Shown here: piece after piece, positions 51,324 to 59,202 of the stretch
Numbering within the stretch: the first letter of the stretch is position 1
How the letters are laid out: every line of letters begins with the position of its first letter
Assembly: GCA_016722065.1 (NCBI GenBank)
Contig: JADKGX010000002.1
Location: 57,301-121,300, forward strand
DNA from: Planctomycetota bacterium
GTDB lineage: Bacteria; Planctomycetota; UBA8742; UBA2392
Length of the DNA: 64,000 nt
Reading direction: 5' to 3'
Notes under the pieces: generated by a model
The model's input: only the letters and a program-made list of their open reading frames with translations
What the model was told of the DNA's origin: nothing
Databases searched by the model: none
Position numbers and translations under genes: made by a program

Positions 51324-52205
51324 TTAGATGCCGTAGTAAGTTTTCAAGTCGTCAACCAACGTGGCATAGTTGGCATAGAGGCCATCGCTTAGGCTTCGCA
51401 GGCAATATCAAGATCGGCCTCGCCCAAGCCCAAGGCGCCCGCGTCGGGTGTCCAGTCGGCATTTTCTGCGACGGTCACAAAGGCGCCGCCGTCGATTGCG
51501 AGTTTCAATTTCTTCTCGCCTGCGGTGTTGTCAAAGCGCACATGCAGAACATGGGCGCCCACGTTGAACGCGGTATTTATCGCGGTCTGCGCGTAGCCTG
51601 TGAGGAAGCCGTAAGCGCGGGCGCCGGTGGTGTATTGGCGCACCACAAAGGGCCGGTTGGAGCCCAAGGCGCATATGCTCAAGTTGTCGTCGGCGGAAAC
51701 GCGGCGCACCACAATAAAGTAGTCGTAACTCTTGGCCGTGATCATGGCGGCGGCGGTGGTGTTCGTCGCCATCCCATGACTAAAGCCCTTTAATGGCTTC
51801 GATGTAGAGCGTGGGCTTGCCGTTAATTGCGTGGTCGCCGTCGCCCTTGCCGTGCTTGTAGTTGTTATTTCCGTTGCTCTGGTATGCCCACAATGCGCCC
51901 TCTGCGGGCGCGCGGCGTTTGATCACCTCGCCTTCGGTGCCTGCTGCGGGTGTGGTGCCCGCAACGTCGGTAAACAGTTTGGCCAAGTCCTCTTGGTAAA
52001 CCCAAGTAAGGCCGGTGCCTGCCAGCGGGTGCGACGGGCCAGCCGGGGGCGCGGGCGCGATGCTGGCGGCCACGCTGGCGGCCAAGCTGACGGCGCTGGC
52101 GACGGTGACGGAAAACAGCGCCGCGCCGCCCAATGCGCCGCCGCCCGCGTAGCCTATGGCGCGCGTGCGGGGCGGTTCGATCACGGGCAAGAACATCGCG
52201 GGCAT
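51324..52205 (-). CDS. Putative spike / receptor-binding protein (LamG-like beta-sandwich), split by two apparent frameshifts
   Basis: Three segments in different frames join into one protein ending ...LVDDLKTYYGI*; breaks at 51782-51784 and about 51395. Confidence 0.55.
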
Positions 52206-52212
52206 GTTTTCC

Positions 52213-52659
52213 CTAGCAGTTGCAAGTTGCGTCGGCGCTGACCATTTCGCGCACTTCGATGCTGACGGTTGCGTCTTTGCGGGTGCTTCCGTCCACGGCG
52301 GAAAGCGCCACAAGATCAAGCGTGAGGCTCTTGATGCCTGCGGGCGCGGCTTCCACCTTGCTGCCCTCGGCGCTGATAAAGAGGCCGCGGCCTGCGGCCA
52401 ATTCGTTCAACGCTTCGTCGGGCGTGAAAGGTGAATTCACGGCCACGAACACAAGCGCGTCGTCGTCGCCGGTGATCGTGGGCCACTGTTGCAACGTGAT
52501 CGCCCACGCCTTTGTTTCGGGGCCGCGCGGCAAGTCGATCTGCACGCGGTGGCTGGTGTCGGCGCTGCTGACCAGCTCGCGCGATGCCCACGGGCGGGCG
52601 CGGCCTGGCACCAAAGGGCGCAAGGCTTCGGCTATCGTTTTGCAATCGCAATCTTTCAT
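52213..52659 (-). CDS. Beta-rich 148-aa protein (penton / single jelly-roll candidate)
   Basis: Alternating hydrophobic beta patterns (RVQIDL, WAITLQ, LVFVAV, LTLDLV, VSIEVRE); lies between the capsid candidates and the spike. Confidence 0.55.
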   Translation of the reverse strand: MKDCDCKTIAEALRPLVPGRARPWASRELVSSADTSHRVQIDLPRGPETKAWAITLQQWPTITGDDDALVFVAVNSPFTPDEALNELAAGRGLFISAEGSKVEAAPAGIKSLTLDLVALSAVDGSTRKDATVSIEVREMVSADATCNC

Positions 52660-52686
52660 GGCCGGGTTTCCTTGGTCTGCCTGGGC

Positions 52687-52713
52687 CGGGCGCGCCGCGC
52701 GACGGCGCGCCCG
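52687..52713. repeat. GC-rich hairpin 3' of the 367-aa gene
   Basis: CGGGCGCGCCG-cgcga-CGGCGCGCCCG. Confidence 0.65.
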
Positions 52714-52748
52714 ATGGCTCACCCCGTCGCGCGGGGCCGGGGTGGGGG

Positions 52749-53852
52749 TTACACCCCGTTGGCGGCACCTTGGAATTCGTCCTGGGCGCTGCGGCCTTCA
52801 AAGATGCTGACAAGCCGCAACGTGCGCGCGGCGGCGGGCGTGGTGGCGTTGATCTTCACAAAGGCCGATTCGTCGCGGTGCATGTCCACCTGGCCGAAAG
52901 CCCAGTCAAGCCCGGTGTGGCCGATGGCGTGACGGGCCGGAACGGGGTCGGTCGGGTGGGCCTGGCTTTGCGTGGCCAGTTCGGTCGTGAGCGCCAAGAA
53001 TTCACTCTCAAGGCTGATGCTGTTGGCATCGTGCAACAAGCCGCGCACGCGCAAGCGGCGCAAAAGCTTGCCGTGCTGCGCGGCGGGCGTTTGCTCGATG
53101 CGGCTTTGGAAAGCGGCGCTGTAGGCCGTGGCGTTGCCAAAGAACACGGTTTCACCTTCGCCGTTCTTGAGGCGCGTCCAAAGGGCTTCGGCCTGCTGGC
53201 CTGCGGCGCCTTCGCTTGGAAACTCCACGCAATGCAGAATCACGCGGCTAATGCGGGCGCTTGCGCCGGTCAAGTCCTGCAACGTCATTGTGACCAGTTC
53301 TTGCGGGTTGATGGCGATGGCGCCCACGCGGCGCCCGTCTGCCAGTTCCAACACGGTGCCGGGGAAGTAAACGCCGGGGTGTTGGCCTTGAATTGCCAGC
53401 GTGGCGACGGCGCTCAAGAGCGCTGTATTCAAGGTGCGCTGCAAGGCCAGTTGCGTCGTGAGTTCCTTGAAATTGTTGTTGAGCGTGGTTTGGTTGAACG
53501 CGGCGCCCACGTCGTCAACGGTGGCGTCAGCCGTGCCGACTGCGTGAGTAAGCGCGGTGGTGTTGGTCGCGGCGGGAATCGTCGCGGCCAATGAACCGCC
53601 ACTGAGTTCGTCAAACAGCGGCATGGGCGTGGGGGCAATCAAGCCCAAGGGGAAGCCGTCGCCCTGGGCGTAGTTGCGGCCTGCCACCTTGAAACTTGTA
53701 ATCAAGTTTTGCAGCGCGTGGCGCGGGTGCGTGGCGACGTAGGAAACGCCGATAATGGCGGCGCGGCATCGCGGCTTGCGCGAAAACACCACGGGCGCAA
53801 GGCCGCCCGTGTATGTGGTTTGGTCGCTGATTAGATCAAAAGGCTTGAGCAT
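52749..53852 (-). CDS. Candidate double jelly-roll capsid protein (367 aa) with head-fibre-like insert
   Basis: Two beta-rich halves of about 130 aa; helical insert ADATVDDVGAAFNQTTLNNNFKELTTQL in the first half; GGAG RBS. Confidence 0.55.
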   Translation of the reverse strand: MLKPFDLISDQTTYTGGLAPVVFSRKPRCRAAIIGVSYVATHPRHALQNLITSFKVAGRNYAQGDGFPLGLIAPTPMPLFDELSGGSLAATIPAATNTTALTHAVGTADATVDDVGAAFNQTTLNNNFKELTTQLALQRTLNTALLSAVATLAIQGQHPGVYFPGTVLELADGRRVGAIAINPQELVTMTLQDLTGASARISRVILHCVEFPSEGAAGQQAEALWTRLKNGEGETVFFGNATAYSAAFQSRIEQTPAAQHGKLLRRLRVRGLLHDANSISLESEFLALTTELATQSQAHPTDPVPARHAIGHTGLDWAFGQVDMHRDESAFVKINATTPAAARTLRLVSIFEGRSAQDEFQGAANGV

Positions 53853-53891
53853 GGCGGCGGTCTCCGTGGGTGGTCGTTTGGTTGGCCGGGT

Positions 53892-53937
53892 GGCTTGAGT
53901 TGGCGCCCTTGATTGGGCAAGGGCGCCGCTTCAAGCC
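53892..53937. repeat. Long hairpin directly 3' of the 210-aa gene
   Basis: GGCTTGA/TCAAGCC outer stem and GGCGCCCTTG/CAAGGGCGCC inner stem. Confidence 0.72.
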
Positions 53938-53944
53938 GTCAAGA

Positions 53945-54577
53945 TCAACCCTTCACGGCGTCTGCAACTTCGATGTAGCCGGTCACGCTGATGACGCCTG
54001 AGAAAGCCTCGGCAAGCGTCACGCCGGTGATGCCGTCAAACAGCACCTTGAACACTTCGCCGGGGTTGAGGATGTCCAGCGGGTTGACGTGTTCCTGGCC
54101 ATCGGGGCGCTTGCACTGGTTGAAGTGCACAAGCGAACCGGCAAAGCCGTCGTCGTCGGCGGCGGCGCCCTGGTGGGTGCCTTCAAAGCCCAACGCGTAC
54201 GCGCGGGCGGCGTTGATCACGCTGGCGGCGTTGGCGCGCTTCAGTTCCGCCGTCAAGAGGCGCATGATCTGGTGGGCCGTGCCTTCGGGAACGCGGGTGC
54301 CAGCGGCGTCAAACACCAGAATCAAATTGCCGATGTTGCGCCAGCGGTCGCTGCCGTTGGTGAAGTTCATCGTGCCAGCCAAGCCAAGCGTGGTGGCGCT
54401 GAGGGCAACGGCGGCATCGCACTTGATGAAGTTGCGCTCAAAGCGCTTGGCGCTGCTGAAATACTCGTCCATCTTGAATTTGCCGCCCGCGAAAGCGAAA
54501 GCGACGGCGCCAAAGTCGCGCAAGCGGTTCTGCTGCAACTCCTGCGCGGCTTCTTCGATCTGTTTCAGGGTAAGCAT
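53945..54577 (-). CDS. Candidate major/minor capsid protein (210 aa, single jelly-roll-like)
   Basis: Beta-rich; GGAG RBS with unstructured ACC-rich leader; strong 3' hairpin. Confidence 0.5.
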   Translation of the reverse strand: MLTLKQIEEAAQELQQNRLRDFGAVAFAFAGGKFKMDEYFSSAKRFERNFIKCDAAVALSATTLGLAGTMNFTNGSDRWRNIGNLILVFDAAGTRVPEGTAHQIMRLLTAELKRANAASVINAARAYALGFEGTHQGAAADDDGFAGSLVHFNQCKRPDGQEHVNPLDILNPGEVFKVLFDGITGVTLAEAFSGVISVTGYIEVADAVKG

Positions 54578-54634
54578 CTGGTGGTCTCCGGTGTTGGTGG
54601 TGGTCTGGTTGGTGTTCACCCCGCGCGGGGTTTG

Positions 54635-54955
54635 TTACTTGAAAAGCGAACTTCCAAGGCTGCCGATGAAGCCCTTGCCGGTGTCCAGCGCAAAATCAAG
54701 CAGCCGGTCGCCGATGGGCTTGTCCAGCGCCTTGAGTTCGGCCTTGCGTACCTCGGCGGCAAGCTCGGCCTGGCGTTCGCGTGACTGCGCCTCGGCAAGC
54801 CGCGCCTGGGCGTCTGCGGTCAAGGCTGCTGCGCCGCTATCGGGCGGAAGCAATGCCTCGTTTGTGGCGGGTTTCTTGCTGACGTAGAGCAAGCCGCCCA
54901 CAACTACTGCGGCGGCAAGTCCTCCGATGGCAAGTGTTGCTCCGTTGATCTTCAT
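54635..54955 (-). CDS. N-anchored virion membrane protein
   Basis: MKINGATLAIGGLAAAVVVGGLLYVSKK TM, coiled coil, amphipathic C-terminus. Confidence 0.72.
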   Translation of the reverse strand: MKINGATLAIGGLAAAVVVGGLLYVSKKPATNEALLPPDSGAAALTADAQARLAEAQSRERQAELAAEVRKAELKALDKPIGDRLLDFALDTGKGFIGSLGSSLFK

Positions 54956-55005
54956 GGCCGGGCGTCCTTGTGTGGTCTGTTCTTGGGTTGGCGTTTCCCT
55001 TGAAA

Positions 55006-55482
55006 TCAGTTCACAAGATCGCGCACGCGGCCATTTTGCGGGCGGTCGTTGGCGACGGTGCGCGAAATGCCCTTGCTGCCTTCGACGGTGGGCTCGGTGG
55101 TGGCCTTGGCGGGCTTCACCTTCTCGGCAATCCACGCGGCCAGTTCCTTGATTGCGGGGGCCGCGCGGCCTGCGACGGCCAAGGCGGTGCCGCCCAAGAT
55201 CGCGGCGGCAAACTTCTTGGTCGCCTTGATCTTGCTGGCGCCAAAGGCCACGGCGATGCCAGCGCCAGCGGCGATGGCGCTGGTGATCACCTGGCGCTTG
55301 GTGGTCTCGGTCGCGGCGGGCTCGCCCATCGCGGCGTTGGCCACTTCGGCGGCGACGGTTGACAAGCCTGCGCCGGTCAAGGTTGCGGCGCCCTGTTTGA
55401 CGGCGGGCACAAGCGCCAGCGCGCGATTGCCGCCGTTGCTGCTTTTGCCGGGCGGCTTGCGGGTTCCTTTGTTTCCTGCCAT
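55006..55482 (-). CDS. Multi-TM virion membrane protein
   Basis: Basic N-terminus plus two to three Gly/Ala-rich hydrophobic helices; CAGGAG RBS. Confidence 0.7.
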   Translation of the reverse strand: MAGNKGTRKPPGKSSNGGNRALALVPAVKQGAATLTGAGLSTVAAEVANAAMGEPAATETTKRQVITSAIAAGAGIAVAFGASKIKATKKFAAAILGGTALAVAGRAAPAIKELAAWIAEKVKPAKATTEPTVEGSKGISRTVANDRPQNGRVRDLVN

Positions 55483-55543
55483 GGCTCTTACTCCTGGTTG
55501 GTGGTGGTCTGCCTGGTGTGTGTTGCTGGTGTGCGTGGCCGGA

Positions 55544-55909
55544 TTAGCCCACGGTCTTGCGCAGCCGATCACGCGCGGCGTTTAGCGCCGTGCGTTCTTC
55601 GTCTGTGAGTCCTTTGACAAAGCCGGAAGCGTGGGCAAGTTTGCCGTCGCTGCAAAACTGCGAGTCGGCAAGCTGCTTGATAATCCGCAAGCCCTGGGCC
55701 TCTTTCTGCGTGAGGGTGGGGCGGGCGGGTTGCGGTGTGGCCTTGCGCGTGGCCTTGCGGGCCGGTTTGCGCGGCGTGGCCTTGCGCTTGGCCTTGGGGG
55801 CCGGTTTGCGCGGCGTGGCCTTGCGCGTGGCCTTGCGGGCGGGCTTGCGCGCGGCGGGCTTGCGCTTGGCCTTGGGGGCCGGTTTGCGGTTGGTTGTCTT
55901 TTTGCTCAT
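55544..55909 (-). CDS. Histone-H1-like basic DNA-condensing protein
   Basis: Repeats of RKPAPKAKRK / RKPARKATRKATP over the first 60 aa. Confidence 0.72.
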   Translation of the reverse strand: MSKKTTNRKPAPKAKRKPAARKPARKATRKATPRKPAPKAKRKATPRKPARKATRKATPQPARPTLTQKEAQGLRIIKQLADSQFCSDGKLAHASGFVKGLTDEERTALNAARDRLRKTVG

Positions 55910-57450
55910 CTGCCTTTGCCTCCTGTAAGTGCCAAGCCGATCACAACTGCCGCGCCTGCCGCACAAGCCGCCCAAATCCAGCCGGGCGGGCCGGTGCTTT
56001 GCGGCGGGCCTGGGCCGGTGGGCTCGGGTGCTTCGGGCGGTAGCAGCGCCACTTGCGCGGCTTCGGTGGTCTGTTTGCTGACGGCGATTTCGGATTCCAG
56101 CGCCGCGATTTCGGCCTTGATCGTGTCCACCTTGGTTTGTTCGGTCGCGGCCTGGGCTAGTGCGCGCTCGCGGGCTTCCTGCACCTGGCGTGCATCGCGG
56201 CGGTCTTGGATTGCGCGGTGAATCGCGGTGCCAGCGGCCACGGAAGCGGCGCCAAGGGCGGCGGCGGCGATGTTGTAGGGCACGGGCAAGAATGGCGCCG
56301 CCACAAGTAGCGCGCGGCCTGCGGCGGTGAACGTCTGCGCGCCAGCCTCGGCCACGGCGGTTTCATCAAAGGCGGAAACGCTGCCATCAATGAACACGGC
56401 GCCAAGCTGGTTGAGGATTTCGGCCTGGGCGAAAAAGCCAAGCGGCTTCAAGAGAAAAGTCGCCAGCCACGGCGCGGTTTTCTCGGTGCGCAAGATGTTT
56501 TCGGCCAATGCTTGCGCGCCCTTGCCTATTTCCTCGATCACGTTTCGCACAAACTTAAGCGGGTGGGTAAACAGCCGCTTGAGGCTGTCGCCAATGCCGT
56601 TGGAACCGGTCACGCTGCCGATCATTACGGGCGGCGTGGTGATCGCGCTGCCTGCAAGGCCGGTGGCGATGGCCTCGCGCGCGGCGATGTTGTCCAGCGC
56701 CACGGGCGCGGCTTGGTGCAAGGCTAGCGCGTCGTCTATGGCGGTGCCCTGGGCCGTGAAGATTTGCGCCATGCGGGCCGCGACCACGGCGGCAAGCTGT
56801 ACGTCGGTTGCGGTGGGGTTGCCCTCGTTGGCCAGCGCGAAGGCGCGCAAGGCGGCGCGGCGCTGCGTGAAGCCTTCGCCGGGCTCGATCATGGAACCGG
56901 CCCAACGTGAGGCCAGCGCAATATTGAGGCTGCCCAAATCGCGCGGTTGCGCCAGCGGCGCCAGTGTGGCGGCGCGCACAAGCACGCCAGCGGGTCGAAA
57001 GCCCTGGTCAACGTAGGCCAGCCGGAACGCGATAAAATGCAGCATCGCGGCGCGGGTTTCGTTGTAGGTGCCAGCGGAAAGCGCTTTTTCGACGGCGGCG
57101 CGCGCGGGCGCGCCCTTGGCGCGTCCGATCATGGCAAGAAACACGTTGGTTTGTTCTTCGCTCAAGGCGCGGAGTAGATCGCCCCACGTTCTGATGGTCG
57201 GGTTGTCGGGCGCGGGCGCGGCCTGCATCTGCGCAAGCGGCAAGGCTGCGAGTAGCGCGGCCTTGGTGACTGAGCCGGTAAAGCCTGACTCAAGCGCCGA
57301 TTGGCGCGGGCCTGTGCCGCCGCCCGCGTCCTTGTCGCCAATGCGGCGCCAGTAGGCTTCGCGGATTGCGGCGGGCACAAGCTGCCATGCGCGCCAGTCC
57401 ATTACGGCGGGCGCGGTGGCGGGCAAGCTGTATTCGGCGGCAAGGCTCAC
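55906..57450 (-). CDS. Large Ala-rich virion protein (about 514 aa) with internal hydrophobic hairpin and C-terminal TM
   Basis: GTG start overlapping the upstream stop, GGAGG RBS; ends WIWAACAAGAAVVIGLALTGGKGR. Confidence 0.7.
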   Translation of the reverse strand: MSLAAEYSLPATAPAVMDWRAWQLVPAAIREAYWRRIGDKDAGGGTGPRQSALESGFTGSVTKAALLAALPLAQMQAAPAPDNPTIRTWGDLLRALSEEQTNVFLAMIGRAKGAPARAAVEKALSAGTYNETRAAMLHFIAFRLAYVDQGFRPAGVLVRAATLAPLAQPRDLGSLNIALASRWAGSMIEPGEGFTQRRAALRAFALANEGNPTATDVQLAAVVAARMAQIFTAQGTAIDDALALHQAAPVALDNIAAREAIATGLAGSAITTPPVMIGSVTGSNGIGDSLKRLFTHPLKFVRNVIEEIGKGAQALAENILRTEKTAPWLATFLLKPLGFFAQAEILNQLGAVFIDGSVSAFDETAVAEAGAQTFTAAGRALLVAAPFLPVPYNIAAAALGAASVAAGTAIHRAIQDRRDARQVQEARERALAQAATEQTKVDTIKAEIAALESEIAVSKQTTEAAQVALLPPEAPEPTGPGPPQSTGPPGWIWAACAAGAAVVIGLALTGGKGR

Positions 57451-57941
57451 GCAAGCCTCCAATGCTGGCGGCGCGGATAGTGCGGCATATCGGCGCGTGT
57501 GTTGAACGGGTGGCCGGTCTGGTCTGCCTTCGGGTCGGAAAGCCACATCTTGCCGCCTGCGAAAAACTCAACGGCGGCGTGGCGGTACGGGTCGGCCTCG
57601 TCGCCAGCCGTGACCAGATAGACGCGGGCAAAGCCAAGCACGCGCAAGCCTGCCATGATCACGGCGGCCCACTGGTCGCAATCTCCGCCGTGGGCGATGG
57701 TCTCCGATACTTCCTGAATCGGGTCGCACTCGTCGCGGTCGCTCTGGCGGTAGATGCCTGCGCGGGCGGCGTCGTGTAAGGCTTCGGCGGTGGTGGCGTT
57801 GTTGGCGTGCATCCAAGCCACAAGCGCGCGGCGCTGGTCAAGATCGCGGGCGCCACGCTGCGCAGCCGCCAAAATCGCCGGGATAGTTTCGACCGGGTAG
57901 CGGCGGCGCTTGTCTGCTTGGCTGGTGTAGCAGAATTCCAC
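57447..57941 (-). CDS. Transglutaminase-like (Cys-His-Asp) protein
   Basis: GGDCDQWAAVIMAGL...YRHAAVE...WLSDP triad pattern. Confidence 0.8.
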   Translation of the reverse strand: MEFCYTSQADKRRRYPVETIPAILAAAQRGARDLDQRRALVAWMHANNATTAEALHDAARAGIYRQSDRDECDPIQEVSETIAHGGDCDQWAAVIMAGLRVLGFARVYLVTAGDEADPYRHAAVEFFAGGKMWLSDPKADQTGHPFNTRADMPHYPRRQHWRLA

Positions 57942-57946
57942 GGTGA

Positions 57947-58297
57947 CTACTCCACGGGCTTCGGTGCGGGCTTTGCGGTCTCTTGACTGGTCAAGTCTGC
58001 TTTGATCTCGCCTTGCGCCTGGTGAATCATGCGCACTACCTCGGCGCGCAACTTGGGCGCGCTGGCCAGTGCGGTACGGTGCGCGATGCGTTTCAGCGGC
58101 GGCAACGTAGCAAGGCCGGTCTCGATGATGTGCGACGGCGGCGCGCCCACAAGCGCGCGCTTGGCCTGGGCGGAAAGCCCGTGCATGGCGGCGCGTGCAA
58201 GCTGTTCGTCGCTTTCCCAAAGCGCCAGCGCCTTGCCCAACAAGCGGGCGTCGGCGGGCGGCAAGGGAATCGGGCGCGGCTTGGGGACGCTGCTCAT
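57947..58297 (-). CDS. Hypothetical protein
   Basis: ATGA overlap with the upstream gene, GGAGG RBS. Confidence 0.6.
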   Translation of the reverse strand: MSSVPKPRPIPLPPADARLLGKALALWESDEQLARAAMHGLSAQAKRALVGAPPSHIIETGLATLPPLKRIAHRTALASAPKLRAEVVRMIHQAQGEIKADLTSQETAKPAPKPVE

Positions 58298-59202
58298 TCT
58301 GCGCCCTCCACGTCGGAAACTTCGGCGGTCGTGTCCACGGTTTTTACGCCGGTCATCTTCTCGCGGGCGTATTCAAAAATGGCCTGGATGTTTTCTTCGC
58401 TGGCGATGTTGTCCATGAAGCGCGCCAGCGCGCCGGGCTTGTCCTCGCGCACGTCCTCGGCGGCCTCGATCAACGGCGCGAGTTCGGCCTTCATGCGGGC
58501 GCCCAAGCTGGTCAACTTGCGCACCTCGCCAATTACCTTGCTGATTTGCTCCATGGGGTCTACGGGCTTGCGGGCGCGCTCGATCACGTCAAGCACAAGC
58601 TCGCGGCCTAGCATGTCCATGGGCGACGGCGCGGCCTGGCGCTGTTCCAGCCGTTCCAGCGCGCGGCGCATTTCCGCAAGCTCGGGGTTGGGCGCGGCGT
58701 GGTCGGGCGCGGCCTGGGCCTGGGCGGCGTCGGGCTCGATCATCAAAGCAAAGTGGGCCTCGTGCTTGCCGTCCTGGTCACTCCACGCCACGGTTCCTGC
58801 AACGTGGCCAGCGCCAGCGCGGCGCCGCATTGTTGCAATGGCATCGGGCGCCAGATGCGCCAGCGGGCACGCGATTTCCCGGCCTTGATCGGCGGTAAAC
58901 TTCACGGTGGCGGCGCGGTGGGGGACGGCCTGCAATTCGTCGGCGGTAAAGGCGCCGCCGTCAATCAAGCCCTGCAAGTAGCGCGGGATGGGCGCGGTTG
59001 AGCCGGTGCCGCGCCCGTTTTCCGCGTGGGCCTCTGCGCGCCGAACGGTGGGGCCGCGCGTGGGTGGCTCGGGGCGCGGTTCGGCGGGCATCGGCGGGAA
59101 GTCGTCGTCTAGCTCGTCGTCGGCGGGGTTGCCGCCCATGCGGTCGGAAAACAGCGCGGTGTTTGCCGTGTTGAGCGTGGGCTCTGTGCTGTCCGGTTGC
59201 AT
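58294..59202 (-). CDS. Hypothetical protein (acidic/Pro N-terminus, helical C-terminus); first gene of the putative late operon
   Basis: About 302-aa ORF coupled to the downstream gene. Confidence 0.65.
   Translation of the reverse strand: MQPDSTEPTLNTANTALFSDRMGGNPADDELDDDFPPMPAEPRPEPPTRGPTVRRAEAHAENGRGTGSTAPIPRYLQGLIDGGAFTADELQAVPHRAATVKFTADQGREIACPLAHLAPDAIATMRRRAGAGHVAGTVAWSDQDGKHEAHFALMIEPDAAQAQAAPDHAAPNPELAEMRRALERLEQRQAAPSPMDMLGRELVLDVIERARKPVDPMEQISKVIGEVRKLTSLGARMKAELAPLIEAAEDVREDKPGALARFMDNIASEENIQAIFEYAREKMTGVKTVDTTAEVSDVEGAE

Noticed and set aside
55700-55900. DNA tandem repeat / VNTR
   Set aside because: Explained by the coding repeats of the Lys/Arg-rich protein
55906-57450. 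Pleolipovirus-like spike as the sole envelope protein
   Set aside because: No N-terminal signal peptide, and several beta-rich capsid-like genes are present; not fully excluded without structures
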